This document shows, piece by piece, positions 1-7,356 of a DNA stretch of 64,000 nucleotides. The notes under the pieces were generated by a model, which worked only from the letters and a program-made list of their open reading frames with translations, had not been told where the DNA came from and did no database searches. Within the stretch, counting starts at the first letter, position 1. Every line of letters begins with the position of its first letter. The position numbers and the translations under genes were made by a program. This stretch comes from an uncultured virus (IMG/VR IMGVR_UViG_3300037634_007270) (Duplodnaviria > Heunggongvirae > Uroviricota > Caudoviricetes): the IMG/VR virus record IMGVR_UViG_3300037634_007270; one strand, given 5' to 3'.

Positions 1-962
1 AGCCCTTCCCCTTTACTATTGAGCCCACAACTACTTTCGATCTCTGGATTGACTTTATGCCCACGAAGGAAGTCGGCACACAAGGTGTCTTGACTGTTGA
101 GTCAAACGATCCTCTGGGAACAGCAGAGGGATACCAGACAGCGATGGGTGTTTATGCTGGCTGGGTTATTGACAACTTTGAGATCCCTGTCGATCCCCCC
201 GTCGACATTATCTTCGCTATTGATCGCTCTTGTTCCATGAACGACGACGCTATGAGCTTGGCGAATAACTTCTCAAGCTTTATCGGCGCGATTGATAAAT
301 ACACTAGCGGCTGGAAGATAGGAGTTGTGACGGGAGATAGTGGATGCTACAACACTGTTATTGAGAGCACGACACCAAACTACGAAAACCTATTCAGCAG
401 CGCTGTGATGGTTAACAACAAGGGCTTCTACACAGAGATGCTCCTTACTCTCGTAAAGAATGCTCTACTAGCAGAGTCAAGCTGTAATGCCGGCTTCTCG
501 CGAGCAGGAGCTATTACTCACGCTATTATGGTTTCAGATGAACCAGAGCAATCTTTTGCCTCTTGGTCTGCTCTCGTCTCCGACATGCAATCTATAGTTG
601 CAGATCCAAAGATGCTGAAACTATCAGCAATCGCAGGCGACTATCCAGCAGGCTGTGGAACAGCCGATCCCGGAACTGGCTATTACGAAGCCACAATGGC
701 TACTGGTGGAGAGTTCCTCTCTATCTGCTCTAACTGGTCGAAGAATGTTGAAGTGCTCGCTCAGGCATCCTTAGAGGGCTTGCTTGACTTTGAGCTATCA
801 GATACGCCAGCACCAGACAGCATTGTCGTCAAGGTGGATGGAGCAACTTGGTTAGCAGATTGGCATTACGATGCCGGAACAAACAGTATTGTATTCGACA
901 TAGAGGTTACGCAAGGTGCCTCTGTTGAAGTTGAATACGGAAAACTAGTGGAGTGTGATTAA
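1..962 (+). CDS. vWA-domain surface protein, 5'-truncated by the window edge
   Basis: The frame is open from position 3, so Met57 is probably internal. It has the MIDAS motif DIIFAIDRSCSM, a VSDE motif, Cys pairs and a C-terminal beta domain. Paralogous to 3846..4790. Confidence 0.75.
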   Translation, partial: PFPFTIEPTTTFDLWIDFMPTKEVGTQGVLTVESNDPLGTAEGYQTAMGVYAGWVIDNFEIPVDPPVDIIFAIDRSCSMNDDAMSLANNFSSFIGAIDKYTSGWKIGVVTGDSGCYNTVIESTTPNYENLFSSAVMVNNKGFYTEMLLTLVKNALLAESSCNAGFSRAGAITHAIMVSDEPEQSFASWSALVSDMQSIVADPKMLKLSAIAGDYPAGCGTADPGTGYYEATMATGGEFLSICSNWSKNVEVLAQASLEGLLDFELSDTPAPDSIVVKVDGATWLADWHYDAGTNSIVFDIEVTQGASVEVEYGKLVECD

Positions 963-963
963 A

Positions 964-1644
964 ATGAAAATTACAAAATCACATTTTAAGAAGATTGTCG
1001 AGGAGGAGCTTGGTGCCGTATTAAAAGAAGGAGTGCGAGAATTGGAGACGGCAGTAAAGACATATATTGAAGATGATGTCAGAGAGAAGGTAGCCATGGC
1101 AATCCTTATGAAAAAAATTCTTGTTCGCCTAGGTCAGGTTGAACGAGCTGGTGCGCAAGCCAGCAAATTTCTTCCACAATCCGGTGCAGAGGCGCTGGAT
1201 TCAATGGAAGATATGGTTGAAAGACCACAGGCTGACGAATTCAAAGAAAAGATTGGCGAGTTAATTCAAAAAATAAACTTACCGGTTGGTGCTGGTCTTG
1301 AGGAAAATAAAATGAAAATAACAAAAACACAACTTAAACAGATTATCAAGGAAGAGCTATCTGAGGTTATTAACGAGGCTGGTGTTCCATTCTTATCAAC
1401 TGGCTTAGGGCATTCGACGATGGTTGATTTAGTATTTAAAGATAGCCGCGGATTTTATGATGGACCGTTTAGTGTAGAAGATGCTCAACACATCATTGAT
1501 ACTCAAGACGCTAGCGGCGAACTAAAAATGCAACCCGCGTCGTCGCGAGCGGCAGATCTATCAGATATTGAAGCTGCCTACGATGACAGCGCTTCACCAG
1601 AAGATATTATAGCTCTGATTAGTAAGAATAAAAACAACTTTTAA
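964..1644 (+). CDS. MKITK-leader acidic protein; two leader modules fused in frame (second Met at 1312)
   Basis: MKITKSHFKKIVEEEL at 964 and MKITKTQLKQIIKEEL at 1312 lie in one reading frame. Confidence 0.8.
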   Translation: MKITKSHFKKIVEEELGAVLKEGVRELETAVKTYIEDDVREKVAMAILMKKILVRLGQVERAGAQASKFLPQSGAEALDSMEDMVERPQADEFKEKIGELIQKINLPVGAGLEENKMKITKTQLKQIIKEELSEVINEAGVPFLSTGLGHSTMVDLVFKDSRGFYDGPFSVEDAQHIIDTQDASGELKMQPASSRAADLSDIEAAYDDSASPEDIIALISKNKNNF

Positions 1645-1656
1645 AGGCATAACACA

Positions 1657-1926
1657 ATGAAAATAACAAAAGCAAAACTTAAACAGATTATCAAGGAAGA
1701 GCTTTCTGCGCTATTAGAGTACGGTGATCCGATGGGGCGCGCCGCGAAGCTTCAGGGTAGATTGATGAATATTGCTCACTGGATGGGAGATCGCGGGATC
1801 TACGATCCAGAGGAAGGCATTAACGAATGGATCAAGCTCGCCAGAAGTGAGGGCGAAGAAATTTCGGAAGAGACGAAACAAGCTTTGCTTGATATGTCCG
1901 ACGAGATATATGAATATATGGATTAA
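1657..1926 (+). CDS. MKITK-leader small acidic protein
   Basis: Starts MKITKAKLKQIIKEELSALLE, followed by an unrelated payload. Confidence 0.85.
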   Translation: MKITKAKLKQIIKEELSALLEYGDPMGRAAKLQGRLMNIAHWMGDRGIYDPEEGINEWIKLARSEGEEISEETKQALLDMSDEIYEYMD

Positions 1927-1949
1927 AAACTTAGGAGCGACTGAACAAA

Positions 1950-2228
1950 ATGAAAATAACAAAAGCAAAACTTAAACAGATTATTAAGGAAGAGCTTGAA
2001 AGTGTCATGGGCGAAGCAGCCACTACGGACGAGGAACAGATGGCCGAGATGGTTTATGCAAACGCCAGAGATCAAGGCATCCTTGATGAGCTACGCGACT
2101 TAGAAGATGACGAAGATTTTGTAGATGCGGTGGCGAGCTTAATGTATGATGCAGTAGGATCTGGTAAAGAATCCCCTCGCGATGTAGCTCCGATAGTGAG
2201 ACGACTCTTGAATGGAGAAACTTTATAA
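1950..2228 (+). CDS. MKITK-leader small acidic protein
   Basis: Starts MKITKAKLKQIIKEELESVMGE; AGGAG upstream. Confidence 0.85.
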   Translation: MKITKAKLKQIIKEELESVMGEAATTDEEQMAEMVYANARDQGILDELRDLEDDEDFVDAVASLMYDAVGSGKESPRDVAPIVRRLLNGETL

Positions 2229-2410
2229 TGAAAATCACAAAAGCACAACTCAAACAGATTATTAAGGAAGAGCTTAAAAAAGTAATAGAAGCAGATTCCG
2301 ATAGCTGGGATTTGAAACCAGAGGAAGCAGCAGACGCAGCAGAACACGCTATTGAAATAATAGGCGCGCTTAAAGATGTTATAGCCGATTCGGCTGAGGA
2401 AGAAGAATAA
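2228..2410 (+). CDS. MKITK-leader small acidic protein
   Basis: Starts MKITKAQLKQIIKEELKKVIE; TAATG coupling and GGAG SD. Confidence 0.85.
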   Translation: MKITKAQLKQIIKEELKKVIEADSDSWDLKPEEAADAAEHAIEIIGALKDVIADSAEEEE

Positions 2411-2411
2411 A

Positions 2412-2750
2412 ATGAAAATCACAAAAGCAAAACTTAAACAAATTATTCAAGAGGAGCTTTCCTCTTTGTCGGAAGCTGATGCGTTTAGTCATCACGCGGA
2501 TGGATGGGATGCTGGCGGTACTAGCCAACAATACAGCACTGATGTGGAAGGCCTGCCTCCAGAAGAGCAAGCAGATCCAGTTGTAAAGGATATCATTAAT
2601 ATAGAACAAATTGACGACATGATCACGCGTGAGTTTCCGGGCGAGTATCTGGAGCACCTAGAAACGATTCGTAGGGTTTGGAAAATGCTCAAAGATATGC
2701 AGACTGGTGCTGGAAATGAAGTTGCGATGGTTCAGCAGAGCCGTCAATGA
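2412..2750 (+). CDS. MKITK-leader small acidic protein
   Basis: Starts MKITKAKLKQIIQEELSSLSE. Confidence 0.85.
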   Translation: MKITKAKLKQIIQEELSSLSEADAFSHHADGWDAGGTSQQYSTDVEGLPPEEQADPVVKDIINIEQIDDMITREFPGEYLEHLETIRRVWKMLKDMQTGAGNEVAMVQQSRQ

Positions 2751-3340
2751 AACTGCTCCTCGAAAAATGGAACAAGTTCCTTAACGAATCGAAGTTAGCA
2801 GTGTTTGACTTTGACGACACTCTCGCTGTTTCTGATTCAAAGATTATTTTAACCAAAGCATCTGGGGAAGTCATAGAGATGACGCCCGCAGAATATAATG
2901 TGTACGCCCCAGTAGAAGGGGATAGTTTTGATTATTCACAGTTTGAGAATGTCATGAATCCGAAAGAAGTCACACAAATTACTAGGATCATGACAAACCA
3001 CATCAAAAAAGAAAACACTGATCCAGAGGGAAGAAAGATTGCAGTGCTGACTTCCAGGGCTGAACCGGCGAAGGATAACATTATTAATTACTTGAAATCT
3101 CTAGACATTGATATGACAAATGTAGAAGTCATAACGCTCGGAGATTCAGATCCCTATTCCAAGAAAAGCTGGATTGAGGCGGAAGTTCGACAAGGGGGAT
3201 TTGATAAAGTTTTGTTCTTTGACGACTCTCAGAAAAACATTGATGCTGTCGGAGAACTAGTCGATGAAATGCCAGAAATTTCAATAAGCGCGAGACATGT
3301 TGAATATTCTGAATTATATAAAGATAAAGAAGCTCAATAA
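2747..3340 (+). CDS. HAD-superfamily phosphatase (polynucleotide 3'-phosphatase-like)
   Basis: Motif I VFDFDDTL, motif II VLTSR, motif III Lys (YSKK), motif IV FFDDS; short leader MKLLLEKWNKFLNE. Confidence 0.75.
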   Translation: MKLLLEKWNKFLNESKLAVFDFDDTLAVSDSKIILTKASGEVIEMTPAEYNVYAPVEGDSFDYSQFENVMNPKEVTQITRIMTNHIKKENTDPEGRKIAVLTSRAEPAKDNIINYLKSLDIDMTNVEVITLGDSDPYSKKSWIEAEVRQGGFDKVLFFDDSQKNIDAVGELVDEMPEISISARHVEYSELYKDKEAQ

Positions 3341-3415
3341 GGATCAGGGATTTAGCAACCTCATTATCGAATATACTGCCGACTGATTTGAAACCGGCTA
3401 GTCCCGCCATTTGAC

Positions 3416-3457
3416 TTCCCCCGGACTATATACTTTATAGTGCATAGTTTGGGGGAA
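3416..3457 (+). promoter_or_regulatory. 14-bp hairpin occluding the SD of ORF 3465, with a promoter-like motif inside
   Basis: TTCCCCCGGACTAT (3416-3429) pairs with ATAGTTTGGGGGAA (3444-3457), including two G:U pairs. Confidence 0.65.
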
Positions 3458-3464
3458 TGATGCT

Positions 3465-3776
3465 GTGTTACGAAGAGATAACTATTTTGTGTTTATCACC
3501 ACAAGAGAGAATGTTACAACTGGCTACAAGGTTGGCGACATTGGCACAGGCAAGACAGACAGCCCTATAGGGATCAAGGATGCCCCTTACGGCGTGTTTA
3601 TGACCGCACCTAAGTCTCACATCGAGAAGTGTGCTTTGCGAGACAGGAAGAGCCCAATAGTGCTATCGCCGGAACAGATAAGAGACTATGTTTTTGATTT
3701 CTGGAGCCCAAAAAAGAAGGTGGAGAAGGAGGTAGAGCCTGAACCGGCACCAGTTGTTTGGGTAAAAGAAACCTGA
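3465..3776 (+). CDS. hypothetical protein
   Basis: GTG start 8 nt after GGGGGA; 103 aa. Confidence 0.7.
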   Translation: MLRRDNYFVFITTRENVTTGYKVGDIGTGKTDSPIGIKDAPYGVFMTAPKSHIEKCALRDRKSPIVLSPEQIRDYVFDFWSPKKKVEKEVEPEPAPVVWVKET

Positions 3777-3845
3777 TCAAAATGTAATATAGGCTTTCCC
3801 GCTACTATATACTTTATAGACACTTAATTCTGGGGGGGATTAGAT

Positions 3846-4790
3846 GTGGAATTATTCAAAGGTTTTCTGTTTTGCTTGGTGGGACTCACCGCAGCCTGTT
3901 CGCCTGACTACGCCATCAAAGGACACGACGAGATTTACATCACAGTCACCGAGACTGTCGTTGTCGGCGACACTGCCGTACCGGAGCCAATTGGCGAAGT
4001 CTGGGTTGACTCTTTCAATCAGCCGGACACGACAGACGGAGTAGACATACTTGTTGTGATCGACACCAGTTGCTCGATGGGCGACAACGAAACGCAATTG
4101 CTGGCTGGCGTTGAGGCATTTATGAACAACCTGCCCGAAGCAGATTGGCGATTGAACATGATCCCAGCATCTCCCGATAAGGTGCTTACGGAGCAGCAAT
4201 TCCCTCTCGTTCCGGGCGACGACATCATAGACGCACAGCAGATGTATGATGGTATGACGCAAACAGGGCACCTAGAAGAAGGCTTCCAAGCCACACAAGA
4301 TTACATTTTAAGCAATCCTTATGCTTCAACTTGGCTGCGCTGGGATGCTGCACTGCTCATCGTCTTCGTTTCAGACGAAGAAGAGCAAAGTGATATGTCT
4401 GTTGACGACTTCACAGATTGGTTAGACAACTACCGATCATCTGTGTTCATGTCCAGTATTATCAACTTAGATCCTGCCGAGTCCCTCTGTAATGTCAGCA
4501 GCACCTATGCAGGTTATCGCTATGAGGAAGCAACGCTTACTTACAGCGGTGTGGTGATGGATATATGTTCAAAGGATTGGACTGATGGAGTCAGAGATGC
4601 CTCCAATAGTATCGATCCAATAAGTGAATGGGGGTTGACTTATGCACCAATCAAAGAATCTATTATTGTTTTTGTGGACGGCGTTCCTTTTATGGATTGG
4701 AGCTACGATCCTGTTGGAAACAAAGTATACTTTACAGTCCTACCTGACGGCGGCTCTCTCGTAGAAATCGGCTATCGTTATATAGAATAG
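3846..4790 (+). CDS. vWA-domain lipoprotein
   Basis: Signal peptide with lipobox-like LTAAC; MIDAS DILVVIDTSCSM; VFVSDEEE. Confidence 0.8.
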   Translation: MELFKGFLFCLVGLTAACSPDYAIKGHDEIYITVTETVVVGDTAVPEPIGEVWVDSFNQPDTTDGVDILVVIDTSCSMGDNETQLLAGVEAFMNNLPEADWRLNMIPASPDKVLTEQQFPLVPGDDIIDAQQMYDGMTQTGHLEEGFQATQDYILSNPYASTWLRWDAALLIVFVSDEEEQSDMSVDDFTDWLDNYRSSVFMSSIINLDPAESLCNVSSTYAGYRYEEATLTYSGVVMDICSKDWTDGVRDASNSIDPISEWGLTYAPIKESIIVFVDGVPFMDWSYDPVGNKVYFTVLPDGGSLVEIGYRYIE

Positions 4791-4808
4791 GGAGGGAATC
4801 AACTAGTT

Positions 4809-5003
4809 ATGAAAGAGATACCACCATATATTCGTTTAGTAACCTTGGAACTAGAAGAGGAGGACGCTTTTAAACCAAAAAGTTTGCGCGAGTGGGCTTC
4901 TTGGAAAGGAATTGTTCTCAAAGATGTTCTCATGATTGCATTCTTAACGATTTTATATATTTTTTCAGGGGCAGTGATAATATTTGGAATATTTAATTCA
5001 TAA
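4809..5003 (+). CDS. small membrane protein
   Basis: GGGAGG SD; C-terminal hydrophobic segment. Confidence 0.65.
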   Translation: MKEIPPYIRLVTLELEEEDAFKPKSLREWASWKGIVLKDVLMIAFLTILYIFSGAVIIFGIFNS

Positions 5004-5388
5004 AATATTAAAACTTCAAGTTGTTTTGTTGTTTTTAGTAGGGTGTCGCGGATATCTTAACCCGCCCGATCCAGATGCTAAGTTAGTTACTGATTATTTT
5101 GTCGGTTACTGGTGGGAGCTTGATATTGGCGCTTTTAATTACAATTCCTGCTTCATCCTACAAGAAGAAGACGACGCTGGGCTCACAAAACACCCTATTT
5201 TTGTAAAAGAATCGGCAAATGACGAGCCAGAACTCTTTGGAACATGGAATTTCTACCCTCCGAACACTTTTTATGTTTATGAAGACGGAGAAGAACCTCC
5301 TTATGAGCTTGAAGTTTATGAAATGAACGACTGTTGGAGTGTTGAATGGGGCTCAATGGCAGAAATTACATGTCCTTGTGAATTGTAA
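4984..5388 (+). CDS. putative lipoprotein
   Basis: KILKLQVVLLFLVGC reads as a signal peptide plus lipobox; start codon uncertain. Confidence 0.6.
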   Translation: MEYLIHKILKLQVVLLFLVGCRGYLNPPDPDAKLVTDYFVGYWWELDIGAFNYNSCFILQEEDDAGLTKHPIFVKESANDEPELFGTWNFYPPNTFYVYEDGEEPPYELEVYEMNDCWSVEWGSMAEITCPCEL

Positions 5389-5409
5389 AAGGATTTTATC
5401 GTCTTTAAA

Positions 5410-5417
5410 ACTATTTA
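5410..5417 (+). promoter_or_regulatory. ACTATTTA candidate phage (late) promoter motif
   Basis: Intergenic; the motif recurs upstream of many genes. Confidence 0.6.
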
Positions 5418-5483
5418 TTAAGTAGATGAAATCTATGATTTCATGAAATTTTATACTTTAAAGTACATTTGGGGCAAATATTA

Positions 5484-5810
5484 ATGAAAATTACTGAAAA
5501 TATGTTAAAAGAAATGATTATGACAGAACTTCACGAAGGTAATAGTACTCTTTCTGGCCAAGATGATACTGGAGGGGTTGGAAAAGACTATTCTACCAAG
5601 GTTTTCGGCATTTCTGTTAGTAATGTCTTAGAAACCCTTCAAGATATAACAAACAAAGTAAATTCAGGACAGATAGGCTTCAATGATTTGGGTGTTTTAG
5701 GGGGTATTTGCGACAATAACATCTGGGCTAAGGTTACTGCTCTCCAAACCGCCATAGACTTGAAGATGAAAGAGCAAAAAGATAGTGGCGATGTTGGGCC
5801 CAGAGGATAA
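5484..5810 (+). CDS. hypothetical protein with diverged MKIT leader
   Basis: ATG 5484 after GGGG; starts MKITENMLKEMIMTELHE. Confidence 0.75.
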   Translation: MKITENMLKEMIMTELHEGNSTLSGQDDTGGVGKDYSTKVFGISVSNVLETLQDITNKVNSGQIGFNDLGVLGGICDNNIWAKVTALQTAIDLKMKEQKDSGDVGPRG

Positions 5811-6036
5811 ATCCTTTGGAAATAGCAAGAAATTTGATATTGGAGACATTGTTTCGTGGTCAGTTTTGCACAAAAGGAGAGCAGGGGTAGTTTCAAGCGC
5901 TTCATCTGTGGAGCTTGGAGGAAGAAAAGTCAAATTTGCCAAGGTTTTATGTTTTGAGGACGGAAAGGTTCATGAAGTTTTGTGTTTAAACATAAAAATT
6001 GTCTCTAAAAATGATTCCACTACTGTAAAACACTAA
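5785..6036 (+). CDS. small SH3/KOW-like hypothetical protein
   Basis: FDIGDIVSW...GVV pattern. Confidence 0.55.
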   Translation: MAMLGPEDKSFGNSKKFDIGDIVSWSVLHKRRAGVVSSASSVELGGRKVKFAKVLCFEDGKVHEVLCLNIKIVSKNDSTTVKH

Positions 6037-6063
6037 TTATTTAGTGAAAATGGCAACAAGATC

Positions 6064-7095
6064 ATGAATATCAAAGTAAAAAACAATTCAAACCTCAATA
6101 TGCAGCAAATGGAGCCTCTTTTAAAGAGTTTTTTGCCCTTTGCAATGAAAAGAATGGGTTTTTCGAAACCAGTAAGCGTAAATTTCACTTCTGACAGCGA
6201 AAATGCATCAAAACCACTCGGAAAAACGGGTTTTTACGACCCAAACGGCTACTCTATCACCATTTTCGTCGATAAACGCCACCCAAAGGACATTTTGCGC
6301 TCATTATCGCATGAATTAGTGCACCATACACAGAATTGTTGCGGAAAATTCGACAATATTGATGCCTTTTCAACAGAGCCAGGGTATGCACAGACAAACC
6401 CACAGCTACGAGATATGGAGAAAGATGCCTTTCTAAATGGCAATATATGTTTCAGAGATTGGGAAGATACCCATAAAAAACAACTTCAAGAGTCTATTTA
6501 TTACAACAAAGGAGATAATTCTAAAATGAGTTACAAAAATTGGAGAAATCAAGAGGTCAATGACCGTCTTATGGAATCATGGGGATATAAATCCTCAAAA
6601 AGTGAAATTCTAACAGAATCTGCGGAGATTGAAGAATCTGCGGAGATTGAGGAGTCCGAGGAGCTTGAAGAGGGCGGCTTGGCTGCACGAACAGGCGATC
6701 CTAGGCAGCGGGACGCTGCGCGGGCTGCGAATACTCTACGCGAAGAAGATGTCGTCGAAGAGACAATCGATGAGTCTGAAGAGCTTGAGGAGATGGAGGA
6801 TCCATATGCCGGCTTGACGGCTGCGATGAGATCTGTAATGAAGGATATCGCCCAAGAAGAGATTGAAACTTGGCTTGCTTCACTGTCTAGCGCTGAAGTC
6901 GGCGTGGTGGATGATGCCGGCAAGGCTGCTGGCAAGCTCAAGCCTCAGAGGGGAGTCACTGGGCGCCAGTCGCCCGTGACTGGAAGGGGGACTTATGCTG
7001 GAATGGGAGAAGCAAAGATTCGTGGAGCAATTCGTGAGGCTCTTAACAATGTTTTAAAGAATAAATCCAACAAATCTAAATCCAACAAATCCTAA
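6064..7095 (+). CDS. HExxH zinc-metallopeptidase-like domain fused to an acidic low-complexity C-terminal half
   Basis: RHPKDILRSLSHELVHHTQ with a downstream Glu (MEKDA); Glu-rich repeats; possible internal start at 6526. Confidence 0.7.
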   Translation: MNIKVKNNSNLNMQQMEPLLKSFLPFAMKRMGFSKPVSVNFTSDSENASKPLGKTGFYDPNGYSITIFVDKRHPKDILRSLSHELVHHTQNCCGKFDNIDAFSTEPGYAQTNPQLRDMEKDAFLNGNICFRDWEDTHKKQLQESIYYNKGDNSKMSYKNWRNQEVNDRLMESWGYKSSKSEILTESAEIEESAEIEESEELEEGGLAARTGDPRQRDAARAANTLREEDVVEETIDESEELEEMEDPYAGLTAAMRSVMKDIAQEEIETWLASLSSAEVGVVDDAGKAAGKLKPQRGVTGRQSPVTGRGTYAGMGEAKIRGAIREALNNVLKNKSNKSKSNKS

Positions 7096-7110
7096 TAAGG
7101 AATATTAAGA

Positions 7111-7302
7111 ATGGCAGTTAAACCGTTAATCGGAGATGATAATTCTATTAATTCATTTGATGGAAAATCAGATCAATTTACAAAAGATGCATCGGTGGAA
7201 CAAGTACCTTTTATTTTGGGGATACCTGGACCTATGAGTCTGCGACGAAAAGACACAGCCAAGCCTTATAAGGTTCATAAAAGCAACAAGAATAGAAATT
7301 AA
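7111..7302 (+). CDS. hypothetical protein
   Basis: AAGGA SD; 63 aa ORF fitting the gene array. Confidence 0.65.
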   Translation: MAVKPLIGDDNSINSFDGKSDQFTKDASVEQVPFILGIPGPMSLRRKDTAKPYKVHKSNKNRN

Positions 7303-7356
7303 TTATATGGAAAACACACTCGTAAATGGCGACTGTTTGTTTAAAAGGAATAGAGT

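Larger units (their letters stand above)
964..2460 (+). repeat. Six dispersed ~48 bp direct repeats encoding the MKITKxxLKQIIKEEL leader
   Basis: ATGAAAATHACAAAA..A.AACT.AAACA.ATTAT..A.GA.GAGCT occurs at 1312, 1657, 1950, 2228 and 2412, with a diverged copy at 964. Confidence 0.95.

Noticed and set aside
964..2460. Regular repeats as a CRISPR array
   Set aside because: The repeats are in-frame coding leaders with codon-level variation and 130-300 bp coding gaps; there is no cas operon.
4802..4809. ACTAGTTA as promoter for ORF 4809
   Set aside because: It overlaps the ATG, so it cannot drive that ORF; it may be chance or serve the next gene.
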